In this document: positions 47,516 through 56,901 of the stretch, in pieces
Layout: the number at the start of each line of letters is the position of its first letter
How positions within the stretch are numbered: position 1 is the stretch's first letter
DNA from: an uncultured virus (IMG/VR IMGVR_UViG_3300021373_000885)
Lineage: Duplodnaviria > Heunggongvirae > Uroviricota > Caudoviricetes
Length of the DNA: 64,000 bases
IMG/VR virus record: IMGVR_UViG_3300021373_000885
Reading direction: 5' to 3' (one strand)
Notes under the pieces: generated by a model
What the model was told of the DNA's origin: nothing
Database searches by the model: none
What the model saw: the letters and a program-made list of their open reading frames with translations, nothing else
Position numbers and translations under genes: made by a program

Positions 47516-47842
47516 CTAACACCTCCAGCGCTTCCGCGCTTGTCTTAATCTTGAATTAGGGTCTTTTGCAGCTTTTGGAAACTTCTTCATCTGTCCAGCA
47601 GAACGTGCACAATATGACTTACGTCTAGACGCTCTCTTTCCAGTTGGCTTCTTCTCCGTTACTGCAGTTTGTAATTTACTACCGGGGTTATTTCGTCTGT
47701 ACTTCGCAACACCTTTAGCAGTCATACCAGCACCAGATTTAGTGGGGCGCTTGTCCCCACTTTTCTGGCTCATACCTTTCATACCGGTACCAACTTTACC
47801 GCCTTTCTTGTACTTGTAGCAGACTCCGTAGTCGTTACGCAT
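47516..47842 (-). CDS. basic protein, DUF6321-like
   Basis: GAGMTAKGVAKYRRNNPGSKL...RRKSYCARS...DPNSRLRQARKRWRC. Confidence 0.8.
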   Translation of the reverse strand: MRNDYGVCYKYKKGGKVGTGMKGMSQKSGDKRPTKSGAGMTAKGVAKYRRNNPGSKLQTAVTEKKPTGKRASRRKSYCARSAGQMKKFPKAAKDPNSRLRQARKRWRC

Positions 47843-48134
47843 AGAACACCACTACTTGGACAATACCTGTACCCAACGTAAAGTGTGGGTCAGCTACAGA
47901 ACGTACGCCATCCGCAGGTATGTTAACTGAGTGAATGTCTGCTGCAGCGAGAACCGTCATATCCAAAATAGTTTCGCCACCAGTACCGCCATCTTTAACC
48001 ACAACAGTGTAAGTATCAGAACCACCATCTGCATGGCTAAGAACTTGTATTTGACGTATACGAGCTGGGCCTACGCCCAACGCACCTGTGGCAGTCAGCT
48101 TCTTGGCTTTTACATCGGAACTGAATGATCCCAT
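47835..48134 (-). CDS. small beta-rich virion protein (99 aa)
   Basis: SD AGGAGG; SDVKAKKLTATG...GPARIRQI...NIPADGV. Confidence 0.75.
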   Translation of the reverse strand: MGSFSSDVKAKKLTATGALGVGPARIRQIQVLSHADGGSDTYTVVVKDGGTGGETILDMTVLAAADIHSVNIPADGVRSVADPHFTLGTGIVQVVVFYA

Positions 48135-48146
48135 GATAGCCTCCTA

Positions 48147-48356
48147 TTAAGATAATGCTGCGCCAATAGCAGTTTTCCACGCTGTTCCGTTACTTACAAC
48201 AACACAGATTTCATCGTCGCCTGAACCATTATCAGTAACAACATACACGGTTCCTGCTACAACAGAGGTAGCCGCTGGTAAATTAGCAGTAGTTACTGCT
48301 GGGATTTGAAAACCCGCGTCCGAACGGACTGGGCCTGAAAATGTAGTCTTAGCCAT
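48147..48356 (-). CDS. small virion protein, possibly head decoration or fibre
   Basis: MAKTTFSGPVRS N-terminus; SD GAGG; immediately downstream of the capsid gene. Confidence 0.75.
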   Translation of the reverse strand: MAKTTFSGPVRSDAGFQIPAVTTANLPAATSVVAGTVYVVTDNGSGDDEICVVVSNGTAWKTAIGAALS

Positions 48357-48382
48357 TATATGAGCCTCACATGTGAGTTAAA

Positions 48383-48425
48383 GTGAACTTGTCTACATGT
48401 CGTCTGTCGGGCCAGTCAAGTCCAC
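48383..48425 (-). ncRNA. structured RNA element downstream of the major capsid gene (Mu-gpT-DE-like candidate)
   Basis: Minus strand GTGGACTTGACT-GGCCCGACAGACGACATGT-AGACAAGTTCAC stem, lying 3' of a Mu gpT-like gene. Confidence 0.5.
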
Positions 48426-48449
48426 CGATAAATTTTCCCGATTTGTCAT

Positions 48450-48478
48450 AACTTATCACAGTGAAATATAAAAGACAA
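48450..48478 (-). promoter_or_regulatory. sigma70-like promoter after the capsid terminator
   Basis: Minus strand TTGTCT-17 nt-TAAGTT with a TG extension. Confidence 0.4.
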
Positions 48479-48503
48479 TAAAAAAGGGAGCCGAAGCTCC
48501 CTT
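48478..48503 (-). terminator. rho-independent terminator after the major capsid gene
   Basis: GGGAGC-TTCG-GCTCCC followed by a T run on the minus strand. Confidence 0.9.
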
Positions 48504-48519
48504 AGTAACCCAACGCAGA

Positions 48520-49428
48520 TTATGCGCCCGGTGATCCGAAGATCGCCAATGGGTCAGATACACCGAACGAGTAACGCTCACGAGCCTTATAACGGCTGTT
48601 GCCAGTATCGAAATCAGCGTCCATAGAGGTAGCCATTTTCGCACGAACAAAGTGCTTCAATCCGTTAGGAATATCAGTAGTTAAGAACCACGCATCAGTA
48701 TCTGTTAGGTAGTGATTGATTGCGTAGCCGCCCGGAATAGAACCATTGTTCGATAGGGCATTAACGTCATTGTCAGCAGTACCAACACGACCTTCAGTCT
48801 CAAGCAAACGAGTCGCTACAAACTGTAGGTTAGATGGAATAATGAGCTTCTTAGGCTGTGCAGCAATAAGAAGACCACGCTCATCTGTCCACTGACCAAT
48901 TTGAATAACAGCCGCTTCCAAAGAAGTTTCGTTAAGGTCAGCCGGAGTAGCAGGTTCGTTTGAGTTAGTTCCACCATTTACTAGTGGGTGAAGAGTAGAA
49001 CAAAGCTCTACGCCATCACCGTAAGTAAAGTTGGAATCAAAAGCGTTGTTTAGTACAGCAGCAGCTTTAACCTGCTTAGTGTACGCCATAGCGCGAGCCA
49101 ATGCTTTGGTATAACGAGCAGACAAAGAGTCATACAAGTTATCTTCAATCGCTTCTTCAGTGATTGCAAAACCCATAGCAACAGTCTCGTGCGTGTAGCG
49201 AGCTGTCCACGCTTCTTGCGCGTTGTCATACTCGATTGCCGCACCTTCTGATTTAGTTGGCGCAGTACCGAATCCTGACAATTTAGTTTCTTCTTCAAAA
49301 GAACGGTCAGAGCTTTCAGTCTCGAAAATCTCTTTGTGTTCTTCACCATATTTGGAATACTCCAAACCAAATAACGCATTCAGTCCGGGGAGTAGTTCCT
49401 TTAGCAGTTGTGATCTTGAAATAGCCAT
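48520..49428 (-). CDS. major capsid protein (Mu gpT-like, HK97 fold)
   Basis: MAISRSQLLKELLPGLNALFG...SDRSFEEE...DFDTGNSRYKARERYSFG; followed by a strong terminator. Confidence 0.9.
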   Translation of the reverse strand: MAISRSQLLKELLPGLNALFGLEYSKYGEEHKEIFETESSDRSFEEETKLSGFGTAPTKSEGAAIEYDNAQEAWTARYTHETVAMGFAITEEAIEDNLYDSLSARYTKALARAMAYTKQVKAAAVLNNAFDSNFTYGDGVELCSTLHPLVNGGTNSNEPATPADLNETSLEAAVIQIGQWTDERGLLIAAQPKKLIIPSNLQFVATRLLETEGRVGTADNDVNALSNNGSIPGGYAINHYLTDTDAWFLTTDIPNGLKHFVRAKMATSMDADFDTGNSRYKARERYSFGVSDPLAIFGSPGA

Positions 49429-49440
49429 TAGTTATACTCC

Positions 49441-50112
49441 TTATGCTAGACCGAGTGAGTTAGTGTAAGAATGTACGCCAACATTATACTTAACCAAAAA
49501 CTCAGGATAAGCGTCAGTTTCCGTACCCGGAACAACGGCAATAATACGCATTGCTAGTGTTGAAGTAGCAGCCAAGCTACCACCGTTAGTGCCAACAAGC
49601 AAAGCCATGCCTGATTTACCAGTTGCAGTGCTTCCGTCGCCCAATGTAGTTAGAGCAGCGTTCATGCCCACAGCACCAGCAGCATTAGAGCTGTTGAAAG
49701 TACCTAGGGTCTCACTTCCTTGGATTTGGAACACAGTGTTAGGGTCGTCATTTACTAAGATTTTAACGTCCGTAGCGCCACCTGAAATTAGGTTAGCTGG
49801 AAGATAGTTCTTAAATAAAAGTTGACCTTCTGCACTAATGTAACTACACCCTTGCATAACACCCATGATACCCGCAGTTGCATCAGTAGTATCTTCACTA
49901 CCACTATGATCTGACGCTAGGTCAATAGCAACTGGAGTAGTTGTAACACCCGCAGGTAAACCTGTGGTCGCAAGTTGTACAAGCTGTCCGTTATAGATAG
50001 CAGTAGCAACGTTTGCTTTTACGGGATACTCACGAAGAGTACCACCTTGATATGGCCCCCCACCAATAAGGTTTTTGGGGATTAGGCCGTTTGGAGAAGC
50101 TGTAGCAGCCAT
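49441..50112 (-). CDS. capsid cement/decoration protein
   Basis: A/T/G-rich; GVMQGCSY, VNDDPNTVFQIQ; lies between scaffold and capsid. Confidence 0.65.
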   Translation of the reverse strand: MAATASPNGLIPKNLIGGGPYQGGTLREYPVKANVATAIYNGQLVQLATTGLPAGVTTTPVAIDLASDHSGSEDTTDATAGIMGVMQGCSYISAEGQLLFKNYLPANLISGGATDVKILVNDDPNTVFQIQGSETLGTFNSSNAAGAVGMNAALTTLGDGSTATGKSGMALLVGTNGGSLAATSTLAMRIIAVVPGTETDAYPEFLVKYNVGVHSYTNSLGLA

Positions 50113-50135
50113 AATAAAACTCCTAAAAAATTAAA

Positions 50136-50582
50136 TTAGCCTTTACCGAAAGTGACCTTAGACTTTCTGTCGTTAAACAGAGGCATTCTAGGATCATTTT
50201 CCCTCATAAGGTTGTTATCCACTGCGTTCATTTGTGATTTGGTCTGTTGAGCGTAGTATTCATTACGTTCATTAGCTAACTCAATAGGCGCTTTACACAA
50301 CATCAAACCACCAATCACAATGTTATCTTTAAATTTATCGTTCTCGATAGTAACAAGTGTGATCTCAGGATGATCTGACGCTTTTACAGCAGTCCAACCT
50401 TCTCTTAGTTTTGATGAGACATTAGTGGCATCCACTTGTCCCTGATTTGCAACTCGAATCCAACGATATACATATCCCTCTTCTGGAGTGGGAGACGGTA
50501 AAACTTCTGGACGTTTCCATGCAGTTTTACGAGCAGTTTTCTCACGAGTCTCTAATTCACGGTTTAGTCTGTTCTCAGCCAT
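50136..50582 (-). CDS. conserved head-module protein (148 aa)
   Basis: GYVYRWIR...NVSSKLREGW...IGGLMLCKAP. Confidence 0.8.
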   Translation of the reverse strand: MAENRLNRELETREKTARKTAWKRPEVLPSPTPEEGYVYRWIRVANQGQVDATNVSSKLREGWTAVKASDHPEITLVTIENDKFKDNIVIGGLMLCKAPIELANERNEYYAQQTKSQMNAVDNNLMRENDPRMPLFNDRKSKVTFGKG

Positions 50583-51586
50583 TATCTTTCCCTCATCATT
50601 TCTTCAGCAACCTTTTTGGCGTATAGTTCAAGCGGTACTCCTAACTTCTTAGCGACAGCCACCTGTGAACGCGTTAATTTCACCTTCTTAGGTGATGTGC
50701 TCCGCGACGCGGGAGCGACCACATTCGACTTTCGCTTCTTAGTTTCTTGCCCTGTTTGTTCATCCTCTCCGAAATAGTCCGAAAAAGTAGAACGCATACG
50801 AGAGTCAATTCTCTCATAGTATTCATCACTGCTAGGGTCAAGGCCTTCATTTACAGCCTTGTTATGTACACCCATAGCGTATGCAGTCATCTCTTCGTCA
50901 GAACCAAACCAAGCGTTTTCTTTTGCCCAGTTTGAAGCTCTTTCGTCAGGTTGTACTGCCTCTTGTTGACTTTGTACAGGAGTTTCATCTTCTTGTAAAG
51001 ATATATCATCTAACTTACTAAGTTTGACTTTAGCGTCAGTTAATTTCTCCTGTGCGTTTAAAACTTTTTCTGCATCTCCAGCATCGTACGCTTTTTTATA
51101 CGCGAACTTAGCTAGATTAACTTCTTTCTCAGCTTCTTTCTTAGATTGCTCTAACAACGCTTCTTGCGTTTTTTGTTTAACTGAATGAAGTTTTTTGTTT
51201 TCATCAGCAAGTTGCTTAGCGTACCGCTCAAGTTCTTTACGTTCACGCTCGGCAGCTTCTTTTGCCCTGCGTTCGTCGTGGTAGCCTTTACTAAAATGCT
51301 GGATACGTTTACGAACTTTTTCAGAGTAATTTTCCAACTCTTCTTCCGTAACGTCTTCTGGTGGGGCTGATGCTTTGCGGTTACGATCAGCTTTAGGCGT
51401 ATCGTCTACAACTTCGACTTCTACGTCTTCCTTAGCTTCAACCTCAACCTCTACTTCTTTTTCTTTGTAGTCATCAGCTTCTTTTTTACCAGACAGGTCA
51501 ATTTCTACTGCACTGGAATCCTCTATCTCGAGGCCTTTTTCTTCCTTCTCATCAGGAAACTCAAACTCAACTTTTTGAAAACCCAT
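50582..51586 (-). CDS. capsid scaffolding protein
   Basis: Acidic N-terminus, long coiled coil, C-terminal VKLTRSQVAVAKKLGVPLELYAK. Confidence 0.75.
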   Translation of the reverse strand: MGFQKVEFEFPDEKEEKGLEIEDSSAVEIDLSGKKEADDYKEKEVEVEVEAKEDVEVEVVDDTPKADRNRKASAPPEDVTEEELENYSEKVRKRIQHFSKGYHDERRAKEAAERERKELERYAKQLADENKKLHSVKQKTQEALLEQSKKEAEKEVNLAKFAYKKAYDAGDAEKVLNAQEKLTDAKVKLSKLDDISLQEDETPVQSQQEAVQPDERASNWAKENAWFGSDEEMTAYAMGVHNKAVNEGLDPSSDEYYERIDSRMRSTFSDYFGEDEQTGQETKKRKSNVVAPASRSTSPKKVKLTRSQVAVAKKLGVPLELYAKKVAEEMMRER

Positions 51587-51596
51587 ATTATTCTCC

Positions 51597-51983
51597 TTAT
51601 GACGCTCGTGCTACTGCACGGGGATCTGGCACTACAGCTTCTACTGAATCATCATTCATCAGACGGAACTCTGTGTCACCAATTTTAAAACGCGTGCCAG
51701 TATTAGCACGGAACATTACATAATCACCTAACGCACACCAAGGGGTATCAAAACGTTCTTTATCAGAATACGCTTCTGTGCCCATATCTATCACTAAACC
51801 AATAGTAGATAAGACATGATCTAAGTGTTGCTCTTTGCTAGATTTAATAATACGGGTGTCACCAAAAGTCTCTTCTACTTTAGGTAAAGCAACAAGTATT
51901 CTATACCCAACAGGTTTAGGTAAGCTCTCTTCGAGCTCTTTCTCATTTTCGGGATCTCGCTGAACAATTTTTAAATCACTCAT
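51597..51983 (-). CDS. groES: phage co-chaperonin GroES (Cpn10)
   Basis: PKPVGYRILV...GLVIDMG...GDYVMF...GT...FRLMNDDSVEAVV. GGAGG SD at 51990-51994 favours start 51983. Confidence 0.85.
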   Translation of the reverse strand: MSDLKIVQRDPENEKELEESLPKPVGYRILVALPKVEETFGDTRIIKSSKEQHLDHVLSTIGLVIDMGTEAYSDKERFDTPWCALGDYVMFRANTGTRFKIGDTEFRLMNDDSVEAVVPDPRAVARAS

Positions 51984-52170
51984 CATCATCCTCCAAATGT
52001 GTTTGCATCTCTGCAATAAAGTCTTTCGCAGATTTCAGTCCTCGGATAACCCCCACGGTTTCTTTATATTGGGCGTAATCTTTGGCATTACCTGCAGCAA
52101 GATAGTATTCAGTGTTTTTAACACCGTCATCTATCTTCTCTATCAGCACGTCTAAGACGGTAGTAGCCAT
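51976..52170 (-). CDS. hypothetical protein (64 aa)
   Basis: LAAGNAKDYAQYKETVGVIRGL; lies between portal and GroES. Confidence 0.8.
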   Translation of the reverse strand: MATTVLDVLIEKIDDGVKNTEYYLAAGNAKDYAQYKETVGVIRGLKSAKDFIAEMQTHLEDDDE

Positions 52171-52173
52171 AAG

Positions 52174-54621
52174 TTATTCCTTACGTTGTTTATTCATCGC
52201 ATCAGACTCAGCCTTCATAAGATCTAAGTCCAGTTTAGTGTTAGCGGTACGTCTATCTGCCGCCAGTTTAGCCCCAGCTTTCTGGGCATCAATCTCCAAC
52301 TCCTGACGTTCAATATCCAGTTGTTGTTGGTCGATTTGGTTATCCATCTGATCTTTTTGAGCTTTACGTTGTACTTCAGCTTGTTTGATCTGACCCTCAA
52401 GTTGGTCTTTTTGAGCTTTAAGCTGCATCTCTTGTTGCTTGAGCTGCATCTCTTGTTGCTTGAGCTGGATAATAGGATCTTGTGCTTTTGCCTGCGCTTG
52501 TTGCGCTGCGGCTTGCTGTTGGTTCTGTGCTGATTGTTGTTGCCCTGCTTCCATCGCTAGACGTGATAGTTCCACTTCTATCTCTGGTACCATTTCTTCG
52601 TTTGGTAGTGGCAACGGTGCACCTAGTTTCTTCTCTAGCTGTGCTCTGTAACGGAACCCAACGTGTTCTGCTATATGCGCCTGCAATGCTTGCATCATCT
52701 GCTGTGCCGCAGGGGTTTTACCCAATGCACCCACAACCATAGGATCTTGTAAGAACGCTTGGTGGGTAGCAATATGAGCTTCATGGTCTTGGTTCAAGAA
52801 CGCTTTTATGGGGGTGCCCGTTAGCGCGTTCATGTTCTCGCTGATCGGATCTGTTGGTTTTACATCGTCTTTCGTAGGTACCAACTTGTCCGCGTTTTTC
52901 ACACCCAACACCTCAATCATCTGACGGTGTAACTGGGGAAGGTTATAAATCTGTGGTGCTTGCTGTGACATCTGCAATACAGTCTGATACTGAACTACAC
53001 GCTGTGCCATAGTTGTACTATTAGGGTCACTTACTGGTATCACTTCGACCATCTCATAGTCTTGTCTACGAGCAGTAACTTCACCCCTAGTAGGTTCGTA
53101 CCCATATTCCTCTGGCGCATTCTCTGCCATGATCTCTTTGAGCATGCGGAACTCTAACTTCATCGCATAATGCACACGAGCCTGTACAGCAGCCATAGGC
53201 TTCAATGTACGCTCTAATAAAGCTAGTGTAGTACCAACTGGCGCGTTCGCAGACATATCAGAGATGTCCATATCAGCCACTGCACCTAGTTTGCGGCCTT
53301 CTGTAGTAATCTGATTAAGTAGCGCTAGTAGGGTTTGGCTAGGCTCTTTATATGGTAGCGGCATAATGTTGTCACGTATGCTACCTGATGGCACATCTAC
53401 GTCTTTAAACTCACCCGGCTCGATAGGCTCATCATCACCTTTAATGCGTAAACCACGTGATTTTAGACCCCCCGGAAGGTTAGATAGTGTACCAGCGTCC
53501 ACCAATTGCCGTATAATCGACGTTCCTGCTTTAGCGTACCCACCTATTATATGTATCAGTCCAAGGCCGTAGAAGCCAAATCCGGGCACATATACGTAAT
53601 GTACGAAATGCTGACGTTTCATTTCTAGTTCGTCGTCTTCTTCGTAATTACGTCTTATAGATAGTAGCTCACCTGTGCTACGCTCGATGGTGACTACGTA
53701 TGGTTTAGCTAGGTCTTCTTCATCATCAATACCTTCGATGACTAGGTTTGCATGGATTTCGTATAACGTATAGCGATCATCACTGTTTAACTGATACCCA
53801 GCTTCTTCAGCCTTACGCTCTTCAATATCAGTCTGATACGGCGCTGGGTCATCCATGTCTATATCAGAATAAAAACCATTAGCCTGCAGTCTACGTAAAT
53901 CGTTTTTAGTCTTACGCATTACATGAGTTACACGCTCGGCCTCTTCGATGTTAGATGCTCCATAAGGCACTATAACGTCTTCTGCTGGGATATAGATAGC
54001 ACACTGTCTACCCATATTAGGGTCAAAGTAAACCTTCTTAAACGCCGATCCTGCAAGTCCTAGGCTATATAGCATACGTTCATGCTCCGGACGATACTCC
54101 ACCATACGATCTGTTAGCTCGTAATTCATGTCTGCTTTTACGCGTTCAGCGGCTTCTTCTTTCTCACGAGTCTCTTTACCCAAGATTTTTACTTTTACTG
54201 GCCCCTGTGCAGGGAATGTTTCTGCCATAGCCTCTGCTTGAAAACGTATTGCAGCTTCTGCTAATACAGTGGAGTGTACCCCGCAGGCTCCTTCCCACGG
54301 TGCGGTACGCTCTTCATACTTAAATCCAAGGATGTCTAATCCCTTTACGTAAGTATCAGCCCAGTCCTTACGGCTCTGTATGTCGGATTCTACTAACCCT
54401 AATAACTCATCTACAAGGATGTTCTTGTCACGCTCGTCTAGGTCATCCGCTAGATTAGCGTCAAATTCTGATTCTTCTTCATCACCCGGCATCAAGATAA
54501 CTTCAGCACTACCGTCATCTAAAATAACCGCATCAGGGTTTATAATCTCAATCTCTAACTCTTCCCCTGTTAGGTTCTCACCTTCAGGAGCTTCAGTCTG
54601 CAAACTTTTCTCAATAGCCAT
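52174..54621 (-). CDS. portal protein (P22-like, with Gln-rich C-terminal barrel)
   Basis: PWEGACGVH...AAIRFQA, LAGSAFKKVYFD, GFYGLGLIH, LVDAGTLSNLP; follows TerL. Confidence 0.9.
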   Translation of the reverse strand: MAIEKSLQTEAPEGENLTGEELEIEIINPDAVILDDGSAEVILMPGDEEESEFDANLADDLDERDKNILVDELLGLVESDIQSRKDWADTYVKGLDILGFKYEERTAPWEGACGVHSTVLAEAAIRFQAEAMAETFPAQGPVKVKILGKETREKEEAAERVKADMNYELTDRMVEYRPEHERMLYSLGLAGSAFKKVYFDPNMGRQCAIYIPAEDVIVPYGASNIEEAERVTHVMRKTKNDLRRLQANGFYSDIDMDDPAPYQTDIEERKAEEAGYQLNSDDRYTLYEIHANLVIEGIDDEEDLAKPYVVTIERSTGELLSIRRNYEEDDELEMKRQHFVHYVYVPGFGFYGLGLIHIIGGYAKAGTSIIRQLVDAGTLSNLPGGLKSRGLRIKGDDEPIEPGEFKDVDVPSGSIRDNIMPLPYKEPSQTLLALLNQITTEGRKLGAVADMDISDMSANAPVGTTLALLERTLKPMAAVQARVHYAMKLEFRMLKEIMAENAPEEYGYEPTRGEVTARRQDYEMVEVIPVSDPNSTTMAQRVVQYQTVLQMSQQAPQIYNLPQLHRQMIEVLGVKNADKLVPTKDDVKPTDPISENMNALTGTPIKAFLNQDHEAHIATHQAFLQDPMVVGALGKTPAAQQMMQALQAHIAEHVGFRYRAQLEKKLGAPLPLPNEEMVPEIEVELSRLAMEAGQQQSAQNQQQAAAQQAQAKAQDPIIQLKQQEMQLKQQEMQLKAQKDQLEGQIKQAEVQRKAQKDQMDNQIDQQQLDIERQELEIDAQKAGAKLAADRRTANTKLDLDLMKAESDAMNKQRKE
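52421..52467 (-). repeat. 21-bp perfect tandem repeat encoding the heptad QLKQQEM
   Basis: AGCTGCATCTCTTGTTGCTTG x2 plus AGCTG. Confidence 0.85.
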
Positions 54622-54631
54622 CGTTTAACCT

Positions 54632-56173
54632 CTAATAATATCCGACACTTCTTCTTTGGAAGTATTTAGTTTCTTCTGGCTCATCTGAAGGTAGCCGTAT
54701 AAATCCGCCCTGCCTAAACCGCATAAGCGCCATAATTGTAGAATCCACCAAGTCATCATTACTCATAAATGGGAATCCCGCTATTTCTTCTATAACTTCT
54801 TCTGCCCAGCGCGTCTGTGGTACCCAAACAAGTTCAGATGCGATAATATCAGATACAGAATTTAGTCTTGCTAGTTTATCACCAGATCCACGGTGAGGGG
54901 TATACTCTTGTATAACAAGCCCCATTCTCCGCATTTCTTGATACAATGCAACACCTGAACTCTTTTTCTCTACAATAAACGCGTCAGGATCCCACATCGT
55001 ATATTGTTCCATAGCCAATTCTTTTAGCTCAGGAAACTCTAAACGCTCTTTTATACTATTTAATAGTATGATGTTATGTGCATTTGTCTCTTCATTGAAA
55101 AATACACCCCAAGTAGTTAGCGCAGTGAAGTCAGCCCTATTATGTTTTTCTGCTGCAGAATCCAGTGACATAATAATATACTCACACATAGGAGGATTTT
55201 CTTTCTCCCATATCTGCCACCACTCTCTTTTTACAATAGCCGCTTCTTCTGCTGTTGGCTGCTGCTGATACTGTGCATTCCACTGGAACAACGGCATTGA
55301 CGCTTTTGTACGTTCCAACGCCGCCATATCAAAAAACTCAGGCCACAACGGTTTCTCTATAAGTTCTCCAGTTTCACTATCTTCTACCTCAAGAACTGCA
55401 GGAAACTCCACAACTTCATACTGGTCAGATTTGTCATTCTGACTCATATCCTTAACTACACGGCCCGTTAGATCATCCATGTGCCATCTAGTTTGGATAA
55501 TTGCTACCCTACCACCGGGCATCAAACGTGTACGAGCACCAAATGTGAACCATTCGTACGCTTTTTCAAACACACTAAAGTTACCATTAATAACATCTTG
55601 CTCAGAATGTGGGTCATCTACCAATAATAGGTGTGCACCACGACCAGCTAGTGCCGATCCTACACCACATGCGTAGTATTCACCGCCCATATTGGTGTTC
55701 CAACGCCCTGCAGACTTAGAATCTGTAGCTAATTGTACTGTAGGAAATATGTCTTTATAGTCCTGTAAACCCAGTAAATTACGCACTTTTCGACCAAAAT
55801 CTACCGCTAAATCGGTCGTATGCGACACCATCATCACTTTTTTGTCTGGATTTCGCCCTAAAAACCACGCTGGGAAGAAAATTGACACTAATTGTGACTT
55901 TCCGTGCCTAGGAGGGATGTTTACACAGGTACGATCCTTGGTTCCATTCTCTAAACCCATCAACATATCCGCCAAAATGCGGTGATGTTTACCTACAATG
56001 TAATCTGGCTGCATTCTTTTGCAAAATTCTATCAAATCATCGTACGCATTCTTATTTTTTCTACGGGAAGCTAACTCATCGACCATTTTATTGATCTCAG
56101 TAACCTCTTCTTCAGTAAAACTATCAAGATTGTCCAACATTTGCTGGATGTCTTCTTGTGTGAATTCACTCAT
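54632..56173 (-). CDS. terL: terminase large subunit
   Basis: NIPPRHGKS Walker A, LLLVDDPH Walker B, IQTRWH, SLDSA, NDDLVDS nuclease motif. Confidence 0.95.
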   Translation of the reverse strand: MSEFTQEDIQQMLDNLDSFTEEEVTEINKMVDELASRRKNKNAYDDLIEFCKRMQPDYIVGKHHRILADMLMGLENGTKDRTCVNIPPRHGKSQLVSIFFPAWFLGRNPDKKVMMVSHTTDLAVDFGRKVRNLLGLQDYKDIFPTVQLATDSKSAGRWNTNMGGEYYACGVGSALAGRGAHLLLVDDPHSEQDVINGNFSVFEKAYEWFTFGARTRLMPGGRVAIIQTRWHMDDLTGRVVKDMSQNDKSDQYEVVEFPAVLEVEDSETGELIEKPLWPEFFDMAALERTKASMPLFQWNAQYQQQPTAEEAAIVKREWWQIWEKENPPMCEYIIMSLDSAAEKHNRADFTALTTWGVFFNEETNAHNIILLNSIKERLEFPELKELAMEQYTMWDPDAFIVEKKSSGVALYQEMRRMGLVIQEYTPHRGSGDKLARLNSVSDIIASELVWVPQTRWAEEVIEEIAGFPFMSNDDLVDSTIMALMRFRQGGFIRLPSDEPEETKYFQRRSVGYY

Positions 56174-56732
56174 CTACCGTCTCCGCGTCGATTACGACTG
56201 CGTCGTCATCAACTTCAGGCGGATTTATGAGCTTTTCTAGCTTTTTTCGTAGGTTTTTCTTCAAATCATCTGTTGATTGGTGTGTAACTGTAACTTCTGA
56301 CTTCTCAGCGAACAAACTTACATCAGAAATTTTACCCAATAACTCCAATGCGCGAAGCCTTATCTTAGCATCAGGGTTTTCTGTCTCTAAAATCAGCTTA
56401 TTTGTTATCAAATGTCGCACTGAGGTAGCAGATTCGACCACAGAACGGCCAAATTCACTCAAAATGTTGTTTGTAAGTACCAAAGATGCCGGTGTTAACT
56501 CTGCAACACGCGATTTTGTAGCTTTTTTGGATGTTTTTTCGGGATCTTCTGCGTATGACATGCTCAACATGCTCGCTACAGCCTCATCTTCAGCTGTAGG
56601 AGTCAAATCTAACCCTTCTTTCTCTAATTCTTTTGCCGTTACGGTAGCAGCACGCGCACGGACTGTTAAATCCACGGTAGGATCGTCGTCATACACTGGT
56701 ACGCCATTCTCTGGCTCGAGCTTTATCGTCAT
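56166..56732 (-). CDS. terS: terminase small subunit (putative)
   Basis: Directly upstream of and overlapping TerL; RLRALELLGK motif. Confidence 0.65.
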   Translation of the reverse strand: MTIKLEPENGVPVYDDDPTVDLTVRARAATVTAKELEKEGLDLTPTAEDEAVASMLSMSYAEDPEKTSKKATKSRVAELTPASLVLTNNILSEFGRSVVESATSVRHLITNKLILETENPDAKIRLRALELLGKISDVSLFAEKSEVTVTHQSTDDLKKNLRKKLEKLINPPEVDDDAVVIDAETVDE

Positions 56733-56901
56733 ATTTTAGTCGCAGGTTATTAACCGTAGGCGTATATATACCAAAAAGTTATAAAGAGCGCAAGTCATTA
56801 CCAAAAATCATACAAAAAATAAATAATATACATGTGTTGGTATGACCTGCTTTGGTATATAATGGCGGCATTCCCAAAACACACTACCAACTGGAGATTC
56901 T

